Origin: Crocinitomicaceae bacterium
GTDB taxonomy: Bacteria; Bacteroidota; Bacteroidia; Flavobacteriales_D; Sanyastnellaceae
DNA length: 64,000 nucleotides
NCBI GenBank assembly: GCA_002693775.1
Contig: NZRP01000015.1
Span: 6,601-70,600 of the forward strand
Direction: 5' to 3'
The translations under genes and the position numbers were made by a program. Positions 46,487 through 55,373 of the stretch are shown in pieces; positions within the stretch are counted from its first letter, which is position 1, and each line of letters begins with the position of its first letter. Below the pieces are notes generated by a model that saw only the letters and a list, made by a program, of their open reading frames with translations, did not search any database and was not told where the DNA came from.

Positions 46487-48750
46487 TAGGTACAAATCTC
46501 TACAATTTCTTCATACACCCTACGCCAACCCTCCCACTCTGCGTAATCAGAAACAGAAGTATTGTGAAATAGGGTAATCATAGTACCTCCTACCTTCCTT
46601 ACTTCTGAGTTCAACATACGAACTTTTTCAATTGCTTCATCAGCATCACAATGCAAATACGACTTCAAAGTGGAGTCCATCACAACCACAGGATGAATAG
46701 TAAGCGGAAGCTCAACATTTCTCTTTAAGTCAAACGCTGGAAAAGGCCTGCACATTCCAGACTTAAACCCAATTGAGCTAGCATAACCAATTGAATAATC
46801 ATTCTCTATTCCGCAATCAACTAAAGAACTCCAATGCCTTGCATCGCTTCTTAAAAAATGAGCTCTAACACTAGAAATATTTCCATTAAATCTTAAAGCT
46901 TCTTTCTTAAAGCCCTCCAATTTACCAGAATGAATAGAAGTCATCGCTGAATAAGATGGATGCCAATTTGTTCTCCACCCCCAAGCCTCTACTCTATTGC
47001 GTAATGCTTCAACTACAGTAAAAGACAATCCTACATCATAAGGTTTTGAGAATGGAGCATTTAAGAAAAACGCCCTGGTCTGCAATCCATTTCTTGAGTG
47101 CAGCTCATCCAGATACTCATAAGTATCATATGGATCTCTTCCTCCAAACAAGACCCCAATTCTTTCTGAGAACTTAGCCCACTTAAACGTGAAGAAATCT
47201 CTAACCAATGCTAAACCAGTATGCACCACTCCCCTTCCCTTAAATGCATAAGCCACGTCTACATCAATTGTGGGCTCATACTTGTAAGTATTAGCATCAA
47301 CCTCTATTCCCAAGTCTTTAGCTAATTGCCTTGCAGTGATCTCAACAACTGGCGTTGCAATCTCAATTCCAACAAATCTATTATGCTCATCAAGTTCCCC
47401 TTTCACCATAACATCACTCCACATTCCTGCGTAGAATATAACAGTACTGAAAGGATCTAATGACTCAAGTCGTTCTTCAAACTCATCACTAAAACAAATT
47501 GGATGAAGCGAAAATTCCTTAACGACTCCATTATACTCACATATCAACTTGTCTTTATCAACAACTTCTTCCCACTTGTACTCTACATCTAAACAGACAT
47601 TGAATAGAATCTTCGCTGCATATTCTATGCGAGGAGAAGGATTGCTATGATTTAATGTTACAACCTGACCGTTCTGACTAGAATTCAATCTCTCAGATAG
47701 CATTTCAAGTATGCTCTCTGAAGCTTTTCCATCTCCGTATAATTGAGTTGAGGTGTCGACTTTAGAAGAGATTTGGGCTTCAGCTAAATCAGAAAAATCC
47801 TCAGGCTCTGGACAAAGAACAGTACAGCCTATTTCAAGAAGCTCTACCCATTCTGTATTATGCCTAATCACAACCGCTGGTGTAGCGCAGGAGTAGCTTT
47901 CCTTTTGGACTCCACCTGAGTCTGTCACAACAAGTTTAGAAGAATTAATTAAACCAAGTAGCTCAACATAACCTACCGGAGCAATTGCATCTATATGCAG
48001 CTTACTTAATGCTAGTTTCCAATCATCTCCCCACTCCTTTTCAATGGTGTTTTTAGTCCTCGGATGAACAGGGAAAACCACCCTTAACCCTTTAGATTTA
48101 GCCCAGTTTCCGATAGATTCCAGCCAGCGCCTTACTCTGCTACCATCATCTACATTAGAAGGCCTATGCATTGTAAGAAGAACTGTATCTGTAGACTCAG
48201 ATGACTGAGAAAAATGCACTGCATTGTCGTGCATAATATCTCCAGTTAAAAACCCGCCAAATATCCCCTCGTTCTCAAGATTTTTTATAGCAGTAGCAGT
48301 TGGAGCAATCAAAATGTCCGACAACTTATCCGTTTCTATCCTATTTACTTCTTCAGGCATATCTAGGTCAAACGATCTCAAACCCGCCTCCACATGAACA
48401 AGAGTAATACCTTTTTCGTGTGCTACTTGAGCTCCAGCTAGAGTTGAATCTGTATCTCCATATACAAGTATTGCATCTGGCCTACTTTCATCAACGCATT
48501 CACTTATTTTCGACTTCATTTCCTCCATTCTAGATGGCCTGTCTGAGCTATCGAGGATGAACTGCCACCTGGGCTTTGGAATGCTTAATGAGTCGAAGAA
48601 AACCTGAGAAAGGCTTTCATCATAGTGTTGGCCAGTATGAAGAATATCTTGTGCTATGCCCAGGCCAGGATTATTAGCTATAGCCCTAGATAAAGCTGCA
48701 GCTTTAATAAACTGAGGCCTAGCGCCTAATATGGTAAGAACCTTCTTCAT
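46486..48750 (-). CDS. UDP-N-acetylglucosamine 2-epimerase (non-hydrolysing, WecB-like) fused to an unassigned C-terminal domain of about 390 aa (possibly a divergent polysaccharide-deacetylase-like fold)
   Basis: 754 aa. N-terminal MKKVLTILGARPQFIKAAAL...HTGQHYD...VHVEAGLRS is WecB (about aa 1-355). The C-terminal half (from PRIEYAAKILF...) contains TIDVDVAY, HPSY and RAHFLR segments. Confidence 0.8.
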   Translation of the reverse strand: MKKVLTILGARPQFIKAAALSRAIANNPGLGIAQDILHTGQHYDESLSQVFFDSLSIPKPRWQFILDSSDRPSRMEEMKSKISECVDESRPDAILVYGDTDSTLAGAQVAHEKGITLVHVEAGLRSFDLDMPEEVNRIETDKLSDILIAPTATAIKNLENEGIFGGFLTGDIMHDNAVHFSQSSESTDTVLLTMHRPSNVDDGSRVRRWLESIGNWAKSKGLRVVFPVHPRTKNTIEKEWGDDWKLALSKLHIDAIAPVGYVELLGLINSSKLVVTDSGGVQKESYSCATPAVVIRHNTEWVELLEIGCTVLCPEPEDFSDLAEAQISSKVDTSTQLYGDGKASESILEMLSERLNSSQNGQVVTLNHSNPSPRIEYAAKILFNVCLDVEYKWEEVVDKDKLICEYNGVVKEFSLHPICFSDEFEERLESLDPFSTVIFYAGMWSDVMVKGELDEHNRFVGIEIATPVVEITARQLAKDLGIEVDANTYKYEPTIDVDVAYAFKGRGVVHTGLALVRDFFTFKWAKFSERIGVLFGGRDPYDTYEYLDELHSRNGLQTRAFFLNAPFSKPYDVGLSFTVVEALRNRVEAWGWRTNWHPSYSAMTSIHSGKLEGFKKEALRFNGNISSVRAHFLRSDARHWSSLVDCGIENDYSIGYASSIGFKSGMCRPFPAFDLKRNVELPLTIHPVVVMDSTLKSYLHCDADEAIEKVRMLNSEVRKVGGTMITLFHNTSVSDYAEWEGWRRVYEEIVEICT

Positions 48751-48760
48751 TTAACAGGGC

Positions 48761-49402
48761 TCAAATTAGACCTGAATCGGCGAAACTACTGTAGCTTTTG
48801 CCAGCAATTATAATATGGTCTAGAACGGGCAAATCGAGAAACTTACCAGCCTCAACCAAATTATTAGTGAGTCGTTTGTCGCTTGAACTGGGATTAGGGT
48901 TTCCAGATGGATGGTTATGAATCAAGACCATGGCTGCAGCACCTAACGCTAGAGCCTTGCTGAATATTATTTTAGGATCAGCAACAGTACCAGTTAATCC
49001 ACCCTTAGAAATCCTGACCTCTGCAAGCACTTGGTTAGACCTTTTAAGAAGTAGGATATGAAATTCCTCATGACCCAAATCACTTAGCCTATCTACATAC
49101 CTATTGTACACGTCTCTTGATGAACTGATTTTATTCTTCACAATTCTAGAAAAAGCAGTCCTTCTCCTTCCTAGCTCTATGGCAGCAGAGAGAAGTCGCG
49201 CTTTAGATCTGTCCAAACCAGGAACAAGCTCATACCCCTCTGCAGACAATTTCCCTATTGTTTGCAAATCGTGATCCGTCATTTGGAGTAATTCCCCAGC
49301 AACTAAATCATCACCTATTAAAATTGACAAAAGCTCCTTGTCTTCAAGCTTTGTCACTCCTTCCACCTGTATCCTTTTTCCCAAACCCATAAAAAATCGC
49401 AT
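48761..49402 (-). CDS. radC: RadC-like JAB/MPN domain protein (UPF0758)
   Basis: The JAMM motif HNHPSG..PS..D is present. The N-terminus is shorter than typical RadC. The start is placed at ATG 49402 (or 49390) because the rpsT terminator occupies 49403-49430. Confidence 0.8.
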   Translation of the reverse strand: MRFFMGLGKRIQVEGVTKLEDKELLSILIGDDLVAGELLQMTDHDLQTIGKLSAEGYELVPGLDRSKARLLSAAIELGRRRTAFSRIVKNKISSSRDVYNRYVDRLSDLGHEEFHILLLKRSNQVLAEVRISKGGLTGTVADPKIIFSKALALGAAAMVLIHNHPSGNPNPSSSDKRLTNNLVEAGKFLDLPVLDHIIIAGKSYSSFADSGLI

Positions 49403-49430
49403 AAAAAAACCCCCAGCAAAATGCTGAGGG
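49403..49430 (-). terminator. Intrinsic terminator of rpsT (minus strand)
   Basis: The minus strand reads CCCUCAGC-AUUUU-GCUGGGGG followed by U7. The stem is 8 bp with one G-U pair. It lies 25 nt after the rpsT stop. Confidence 0.8.
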
Positions 49431-49454
49431 TTCAAATATCTTGATAACCTTTTA

Positions 49455-49709
49455 TTATCCTAGCTTCGATACGTGAGCGCTAAGACTTGATTTAAGGTTG
49501 GCAGCTTTATTCTTGTGAATCACGTTGTTCTTCGCAAGCTTATCTAACATAGAGCTCACCTTTGGAAGCATTTCTCCAGCTTCTTTTGCGTCAGTAGACG
49601 CACGTAGGTTACGTACAGCATTACGAGTTGTCTTGTGCTGGTAACGGTTACGATCGCGCTTCTTTTCGTCAGAACGTACGCGCTTTTGTGCAGATTTGTG
49701 ATTTGCCAT
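49455..49709 (-). CDS. rpsT: 30S ribosomal protein S20
   Basis: 84 aa. [10 protein letters not shown]... is the basic, canonical S20 N-terminus. Confidence 0.97.
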   Translation of the reverse strand: MANHKSAQKRVRSDEKKRDRNRYQHKTTRNAVRNLRASTDAKEAGEMLPKVSSMLDKLAKNNVIHKNKAANLKSSLSAHVSKLG

Positions 49710-49734
49710 CTAATATCCTCTTTAAATAGGGGTG

Positions 49735-49742
49735 CAAATATA
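49735..49742 (-). promoter_or_regulatory. -7 box TATATTTG (minus strand) upstream of rpsT
   Basis: Exact TAnnTTTG match, 26 nt upstream of ATG 49709. Confidence 0.5.
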
Positions 49743-49795
49743 ACACGGATTTCAATTCAATCAACAAGAATATTCAGAAAATGGTATTTTAGGGC

Positions 49796-52384
49796 GTGAA
49801 AAATTTCCTAATCGTCCTATTCCTGAGCTTTTCTTATTGCTCTTTAGCTCAAACCTCAAGGTATCCAGCGTATTTCTCAGGGGTTTGGACTTGTCCTGAC
49901 TCATCAGAAATTTCAACTCCTGGGCAACTACCTGGATCAATACATCAAGCATTGATAAGAGGAGGTATGCTTGAAGATCCTTTTGTTGGTACTAATGAGA
50001 AAAATGTGCAGTGGGTAGGAGAAAAGACTTGGGTTTTCACTTCTCACCCCTTTAGTGACCCATCATTTGGCAATAATGACAAACCATTTAAGATCATTGC
50101 TAATAGCACACAGACTTATTCTTCATGGTACTTGAATGACGAGTTAATCGGATCAACACAGAATTCATTTATACTAGATGAGTTCATTGTAACTGGGAAG
50201 TTTATGGAGTATGGGAATATCCTGAGGGTGGAATTCACTCCCCCATCATCTCTTTCAAATGATCTATTATTAAAAGCTGGACATCCTTTACCTGGTGATG
50301 AATCGAGGTCTGTTCATAGAATGCCACAATTTGCATTTGGTTGGGATTGGGGGCCTAGGTTGGTCGACTTTTCAGTAAATGGACTTTATTACGATGATGG
50401 TTCAAACAATATTGAGCACATAAACCTTAGCACAACAAGCATAGAAGACAATGTTGCTAAAGGAATAGTTAACTGGACTTACACGCCTTCTGATTCGGAT
50501 GAAATCGCAACAATGAGGTGGGCAATAAGCAATGAAAATGGAGTAAAAGTCGCTTGGGGCAATACAACTGGTGCTTCAGGCGTTTATTCAGCTGAATTTG
50601 AAATTGAATACCCTGAACTCTGGTGGACGCACGATACTGGAAAGCCTTATCTGTATAAACTTGAGGTAATAGCCTACAATAGTGCAGGCCTTGTTGGTAG
50701 AGAGGTCGAAATGATTGGAATTAGAACACTGGAATTGAATACTGAAAACGGGGCATTTCAATTTATTCTGAACGGAATGCCCATATACTCTCAAGGAGCT
50801 AACTTTATTCCATGTGATGTGATTGAAAATAGAGTTAACCCACATGAAGAGGAGGCTGTATTAGATCTTGCTATCGACGCAAATATGAATACCATAAGAG
50901 TATGGGGAGGTGGCAGATATGCTACTGATCATTTTATGGAGATGTGTGATGAGAAGGGGTTGCTTGTTTGGCATGATTTCATGTTTGCTTGCGCCATGTA
51001 TCCGGGAAATGACGAGTTTCTTGAAACCGCTAAAGAAGAAGCTGAAGAGGCAACTCTTAGGCTAAGACATCACCCGTCATTAGCAATTTGGTGTGGTAAT
51101 AATGAGATAAGCGAAGGTTGGGCACGCTGGGGATGGAAGGATGGACTTTCAAAGAGTGAGGTTTCAAGGGTAGACGACAGCTACAACAGAGTGTTTAAAG
51201 AGATATTACCTGATGTTGTGGGAAGGCTAGACGATGCACCGTACTGGGAGTCTTCGCCTAAGTTTGGCCGTGGAGATGAGAGGTTTAAATCAGAGGGGGA
51301 TGCCCATGATTGGGGGATTTGGCACGACGGCTACTCATTCGATAGCCTTTGGACGAGGGTTCCTCGTTATATGAGCGAATACGGCTTTCAGAGCTTCCCA
51401 GTTAATGCAACTTTTAAATCGATTTTAAGTCACGACAGTATTTTAAAAGAGGTGAAGTTTAGAGACCACCCTGAAATAGTAGCTCACGAAAAGCATCCAA
51501 GAGGGTTTGACATAATTGATTCATATCTATCTATGACTCACAGCAGGTCAACGAGCGAGGACATAGACTTTGATCAGTGGTCATATTTAAGCCGGGTGAT
51601 TCAAGCTGAAGGCATATCTGAAGGCGCTAAAGCTGGAAGGCTTAATCAAGAACATTGTTCAGGAACTCTTGTTTGGCAACTCAACGACTGTTGGCCAGTT
51701 GCCTCATGGTCGTCTATTGACGGTCACGGCAGAAAGAAGCTCCTTCATTACAAACTAAAAGAAGCGTTCAGCCCCATCCTAATTAACGGAGACTACAAGG
51801 ACGGGGTAATAAAAGTTGGGATTACTGCAAACCCTGGATTCAGTGATGAAACTATTACGGGTTCTCTTATTATTGACGTGAAGACTTTAGACGACCAATA
51901 CGTAAACGGAGATGTAGTTAACCTCGATGTAACATCTGGACAAACTACTTGGATGGAATTTCCAAGCATAGTTCCAGTTGGAAGCAGGAAGGAAAACATA
52001 GTAGTTCACTTAAAGTGGAAAGCAAATGACAGCGAACAACAGTTGGGCGCTCAGGACAGAGTTTACTTAGTTGATGCTGGAGATATAGACCTAAAAAAAG
52101 GAAGTATCTATATTAAAAGGTTTGGATGGAGTGGAGATGATTACCTCTTTGAAGTAAGTTCTAACACCTACGTAAAAGATCTAGAGCTCTACACTCCACA
52201 CGAGGCCAACTTCGATAAAAACGGATTTGACTTATTCCCTGGAGAGACAAAGAGAATAACATTAAGCTTGTTCGATGTCGACATCTTTTCACCAGGAATG
52301 GGAAATAATGAAAAAGACTTTATCCCTGTAATTAAGGCAAGGAGTTTAACGCCTTTCTCTAACGACAAATTCATCTACAAATAG
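49796..52384 (+). CDS. GH2 beta-mannosidase
   Basis: 862 aa, GTG start, signal peptide. FAFGWDWGPRL, VWHDFMFACAMYP, acid/base CGNNE and nucleophile region MSEYGFQSFP are beta-mannosidase-type GH2 motifs. Confidence 0.85.
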   Translation: MKNFLIVLFLSFSYCSLAQTSRYPAYFSGVWTCPDSSEISTPGQLPGSIHQALIRGGMLEDPFVGTNEKNVQWVGEKTWVFTSHPFSDPSFGNNDKPFKIIANSTQTYSSWYLNDELIGSTQNSFILDEFIVTGKFMEYGNILRVEFTPPSSLSNDLLLKAGHPLPGDESRSVHRMPQFAFGWDWGPRLVDFSVNGLYYDDGSNNIEHINLSTTSIEDNVAKGIVNWTYTPSDSDEIATMRWAISNENGVKVAWGNTTGASGVYSAEFEIEYPELWWTHDTGKPYLYKLEVIAYNSAGLVGREVEMIGIRTLELNTENGAFQFILNGMPIYSQGANFIPCDVIENRVNPHEEEAVLDLAIDANMNTIRVWGGGRYATDHFMEMCDEKGLLVWHDFMFACAMYPGNDEFLETAKEEAEEATLRLRHHPSLAIWCGNNEISEGWARWGWKDGLSKSEVSRVDDSYNRVFKEILPDVVGRLDDAPYWESSPKFGRGDERFKSEGDAHDWGIWHDGYSFDSLWTRVPRYMSEYGFQSFPVNATFKSILSHDSILKEVKFRDHPEIVAHEKHPRGFDIIDSYLSMTHSRSTSEDIDFDQWSYLSRVIQAEGISEGAKAGRLNQEHCSGTLVWQLNDCWPVASWSSIDGHGRKKLLHYKLKEAFSPILINGDYKDGVIKVGITANPGFSDETITGSLIIDVKTLDDQYVNGDVVNLDVTSGQTTWMEFPSIVPVGSRKENIVVHLKWKANDSEQQLGAQDRVYLVDAGDIDLKKGSIYIKRFGWSGDDYLFEVSSNTYVKDLELYTPHEANFDKNGFDLFPGETKRITLSLFDVDIFSPGMGNNEKDFIPVIKARSLTPFSNDKFIYK

Positions 52385-54643
52385 CCATGTATCCATGGTT
52401 GCTGCTGCGTGCCAATCAGGACAAACCCCAGGGTTTTCAGAAATAACTTTCACATACCTAGCGCTTACATTTTCTAAAGACGCGCTTTGATTGATTGGTC
52501 CCTCGTAGTCGTTTTTCACAAAAACATCGCTGTTTTCAATCACATTAACCACCTGGAATTCCTCTCCATCATTAGACGTTAAAATGGATATAGTTCTAGG
52601 CATGAAAATCCATGCATCCTGGTAGTGGAAGAAGTTTATTGAAACACTATCTAAAGCTGTTTCACTACCCAAATCCACAGTAAACTCCATATCCTCACCC
52701 TGAACAGCCTGCCAAGCTCCATCTCTGAAATTATCAGACCCAAGCTTCCCATCAACTAGAGCATAATTCCCTCCTCCAGTGTAATACATGCTTGGAGTGT
52801 AATCTAGACTTATATCTCTGTAAGCACCTGCATGAAAATCTACTGGGTATTTAATCTTCTTTTCTAGAACCCTACCCCTGTAGTTAATCTCAGCCACAAC
52901 TTCTCCCGGCCCATCTACCTCAATGGCTTGATCAAATGACACCGGCTCACTTTCACCGCCGCCAGCAGACACAAATTGCCCCTTACCCTTAATAAAACTA
53001 CCTACTGGAATAAACTTAGCTAAAAGCTTCCTACCCTCATCATTCTCCTCAAGAGCAAGTTTCATTGCTACAGGCTGAGCCTCCAAGCCGTATTCCACCT
53101 CTAACAAAGCAAGTCTATTAAAGTGAGGGTCAAGCCTCTCAAGGAATTCATAATATGCTCCTTCTTTCCCCGTTGTTTCAGGACCAGTCCAAAGCACTTC
53201 AGCAAGACCTATTGCCCTTGGGAACACCTTAGATTCTACAGTCTCTTGAGGAGCTCTTTCTGTCCACATATTACACTCACCTCCTAGCACTCTACCAGGG
53301 CCATGAGAAGCTTCATCTGGCTCTGGGTCAAACCCATAGATTTTCTCCAAATCAATATTATTCAAAGGATAGTCCAAATAACAATGCGAAGTTGGAGATG
53401 AAATAACATCTGTTCCTAAATGAACTCCTTCAATTGCACCGGCCATACCGCGCCAGCTTTGGACTGCAGCTCCCTCAGGCAAACCTCCTTCTAGAATTTC
53501 ATCCCAGCCTATGATGGTTTTGCCTTTAGATTCTAAATAATGTCCTACATGCTCAATAATCCAAGTCTGAAGTTCATGCGAATCAGCAAGCCCCTCCTCC
53601 TCTATTCTCTTCTTACACTTATCGCAAGCATCCCATCTAACCTTAGGAGCTTCATCGCCTCCTATGTGTATTCTATTTGAAGGAAACAGCTCGCACACCT
53701 CGTCTAATACAGTCTCTAAAAATCTCAATGTACTATCGTTTCCAGCGCAGTATATATCCTTGAACACACCCCACTTATTTGCTACTGGCAAAGAATCACC
53801 AACGCAACCAAGCCAAGGGTATGAAGCAAGAGCTGCTTGGCTATGACCTGGAATTTCAATCTCAGGAATAATCTCAACATTCCTTTCTTCAGCATACTTT
53901 ACAATCTCTCGTATCTGCTCCTTTGTGTAGAATCCGCCATGAGTGGATCCATCTAGCTCAGTCCTCCACGCTCCAACTTCTGTGAGCCTTGGATAAGCAT
54001 CAATTTCTATCCTCCAACCCTGATCTTCAGTTAAATGCCAGTGAAGAACATTCATCTTATGAAGACTTATGTTGTCTATCATCTTCTTCACAAACTCTGG
54101 CTCCATAAAATGCCTACAACAATCTAAAAGCAACCCTCGATGTGGGAACTCTGGAGAATCCTCAATTCTTACTTGTGGCAAATAAAAACCATTTGAACAC
54201 CCTCCAGTTTCAGCCACATCTGGCATTATTAACCTCAGAGTTGTAAAGCCCCAGTAAAGCCCCGTAGATGACCTTGCACTTATTGTGATCTTATGTTCAC
54301 TAACCTCCAATCCATATGATTCTTCGCCTTCAATGCTTTCATCAATTCTAAAGGCCAAATTCCCCCCAACATCGCCAGCTTCAACAACATCAAGTCCAGC
54401 ATTCTTCAAAAACTCTTCGATAGAGTTCCAAGAACTTTCAAGCTCCTCTACCCCTTCCACAGTTATTAAACTTGAAGAATAGTACTCCCCTCCTTCAGTT
54501 TCTTCCATTGACTGAGGTGCTGGAATAATTGCAGACAAGGATCCGGTGGGTGATTTATGGTTTGGCTTTTCAGGCAAAGACATAAAAACAAGGACTGCTG
54601 CAACTAACAGTGTCAAAGAAGTAAATAATTTTCTATTCTTCAT
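52346..54643 (-). CDS. GH20 beta-N-acetylhexosaminidase with a C-terminal F5/8 type C (discoidin)-like domain
   Basis: Signal peptide from MKNRKLFTSLTLLVAAVLVF. HWHLTEDQGWR and IHIGGDE (catalytic D-E) are GH20 motifs. The C-terminal region of about 150 aa looks like a galactose-binding-like fold. Confidence 0.88.
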   Translation of the reverse strand: MKNRKLFTSLTLLVAAVLVFMSLPEKPNHKSPTGSLSAIIPAPQSMEETEGGEYYSSSLITVEGVEELESSWNSIEEFLKNAGLDVVEAGDVGGNLAFRIDESIEGEESYGLEVSEHKITISARSSTGLYWGFTTLRLIMPDVAETGGCSNGFYLPQVRIEDSPEFPHRGLLLDCCRHFMEPEFVKKMIDNISLHKMNVLHWHLTEDQGWRIEIDAYPRLTEVGAWRTELDGSTHGGFYTKEQIREIVKYAEERNVEIIPEIEIPGHSQAALASYPWLGCVGDSLPVANKWGVFKDIYCAGNDSTLRFLETVLDEVCELFPSNRIHIGGDEAPKVRWDACDKCKKRIEEEGLADSHELQTWIIEHVGHYLESKGKTIIGWDEILEGGLPEGAAVQSWRGMAGAIEGVHLGTDVISSPTSHCYLDYPLNNIDLEKIYGFDPEPDEASHGPGRVLGGECNMWTERAPQETVESKVFPRAIGLAEVLWTGPETTGKEGAYYEFLERLDPHFNRLALLEVEYGLEAQPVAMKLALEENDEGRKLLAKFIPVGSFIKGKGQFVSAGGGESEPVSFDQAIEVDGPGEVVAEINYRGRVLEKKIKYPVDFHAGAYRDISLDYTPSMYYTGGGNYALVDGKLGSDNFRDGAWQAVQGEDMEFTVDLGSETALDSVSINFFHYQDAWIFMPRTISILTSNDGEEFQVVNVIENSDVFVKNDYEGPINQSASLENVSARYVKVISENPGVCPDWHAAATMDTWLFVDEFVVRERR

Positions 54644-55373
54644 CAATATCTTCTGAGCTTGCATTCCAGTTGTAAACTGCATTTACAAGCGATTCTACTT
54701 TTCTATAATCTACAGGCGAGGTTTGTAAATCAAACAACTTCATTTTATCTGAATCTACCACACTTAACTCAAGCTTTTCCTGTACCCTGCAAGAAGCATG
54801 TACTACGCTAACACCACTCTCTCCAAGTGCTACAACATCCTCAGCCCTAACACCACCACCTGCAATCACTTCCATTCCCACACCGCTTAATTCTCTGATT
54901 AAATCAAGCCCTAACCCAGCTGCTGAAGCTCCTCCACTTGTTAGCACTTCCCTCACTCCCATATCTATAAGCGCATCAGCAGCTCCCATGGGATCACTGC
55001 TCAGATCTAAAGCTCTGTGCATCACAATCTTTTCAGCTCCCACAGCATCAACAAGCATCTCCATTAATGCGTAATCAAGCTCTCCCTCCTCTGTAAGCCC
55101 ACCCACTACAACCTTATCAGCTCCGGCCTCCATACAATCCATGCTCTCGCTTAAAATCAAACTTCTCTCAGAGGCGTTATACACGAAATGTCCAGCTCGT
55201 GGCCTTACTAGCACCCTAACTGGGATATCTAGTGACGCACTTGCCCTAATTGATGCTGAAGAGGGCGTTAAACCTCCGCACTCCCAGTGAGCACACAGCT
55301 CCACTCTATCAGCTCCAGCTTCAAGAGCCATTGCTACATCTACAGGCGTACTCGCACATACTTCTAATTGCAT
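54633..55373 (-). CDS. cutC: CutC-family (copper homeostasis protein CutC) TIM-barrel protein
   Basis: 246 aa. MQLEVCASTPVDVAMALEAGADRVELC...GGLTPS is a typical CutC N-terminus. Confidence 0.85.
   Translation of the reverse strand: MQLEVCASTPVDVAMALEAGADRVELCAHWECGGLTPSSASIRASASLDIPVRVLVRPRAGHFVYNASERSLILSESMDCMEAGADKVVVGGLTEEGELDYALMEMLVDAVGAEKIVMHRALDLSSDPMGAADALIDMGVREVLTSGGASAAGLGLDLIRELSGVGMEVIAGGGVRAEDVVALGESGVSVVHASCRVQEKLELSVVDSDKMKLFDLQTSPVDYRKVESLVNAVYNWNASSEDIDEE

Noticed and set aside
49403-49435. Upstream extension of radC to ATG 49435 (MNPQHFAGGFF...)
   Set aside because: This stretch is occupied by the rpsT terminator hairpin plus its U7 tract. The extension has no RadC similarity.
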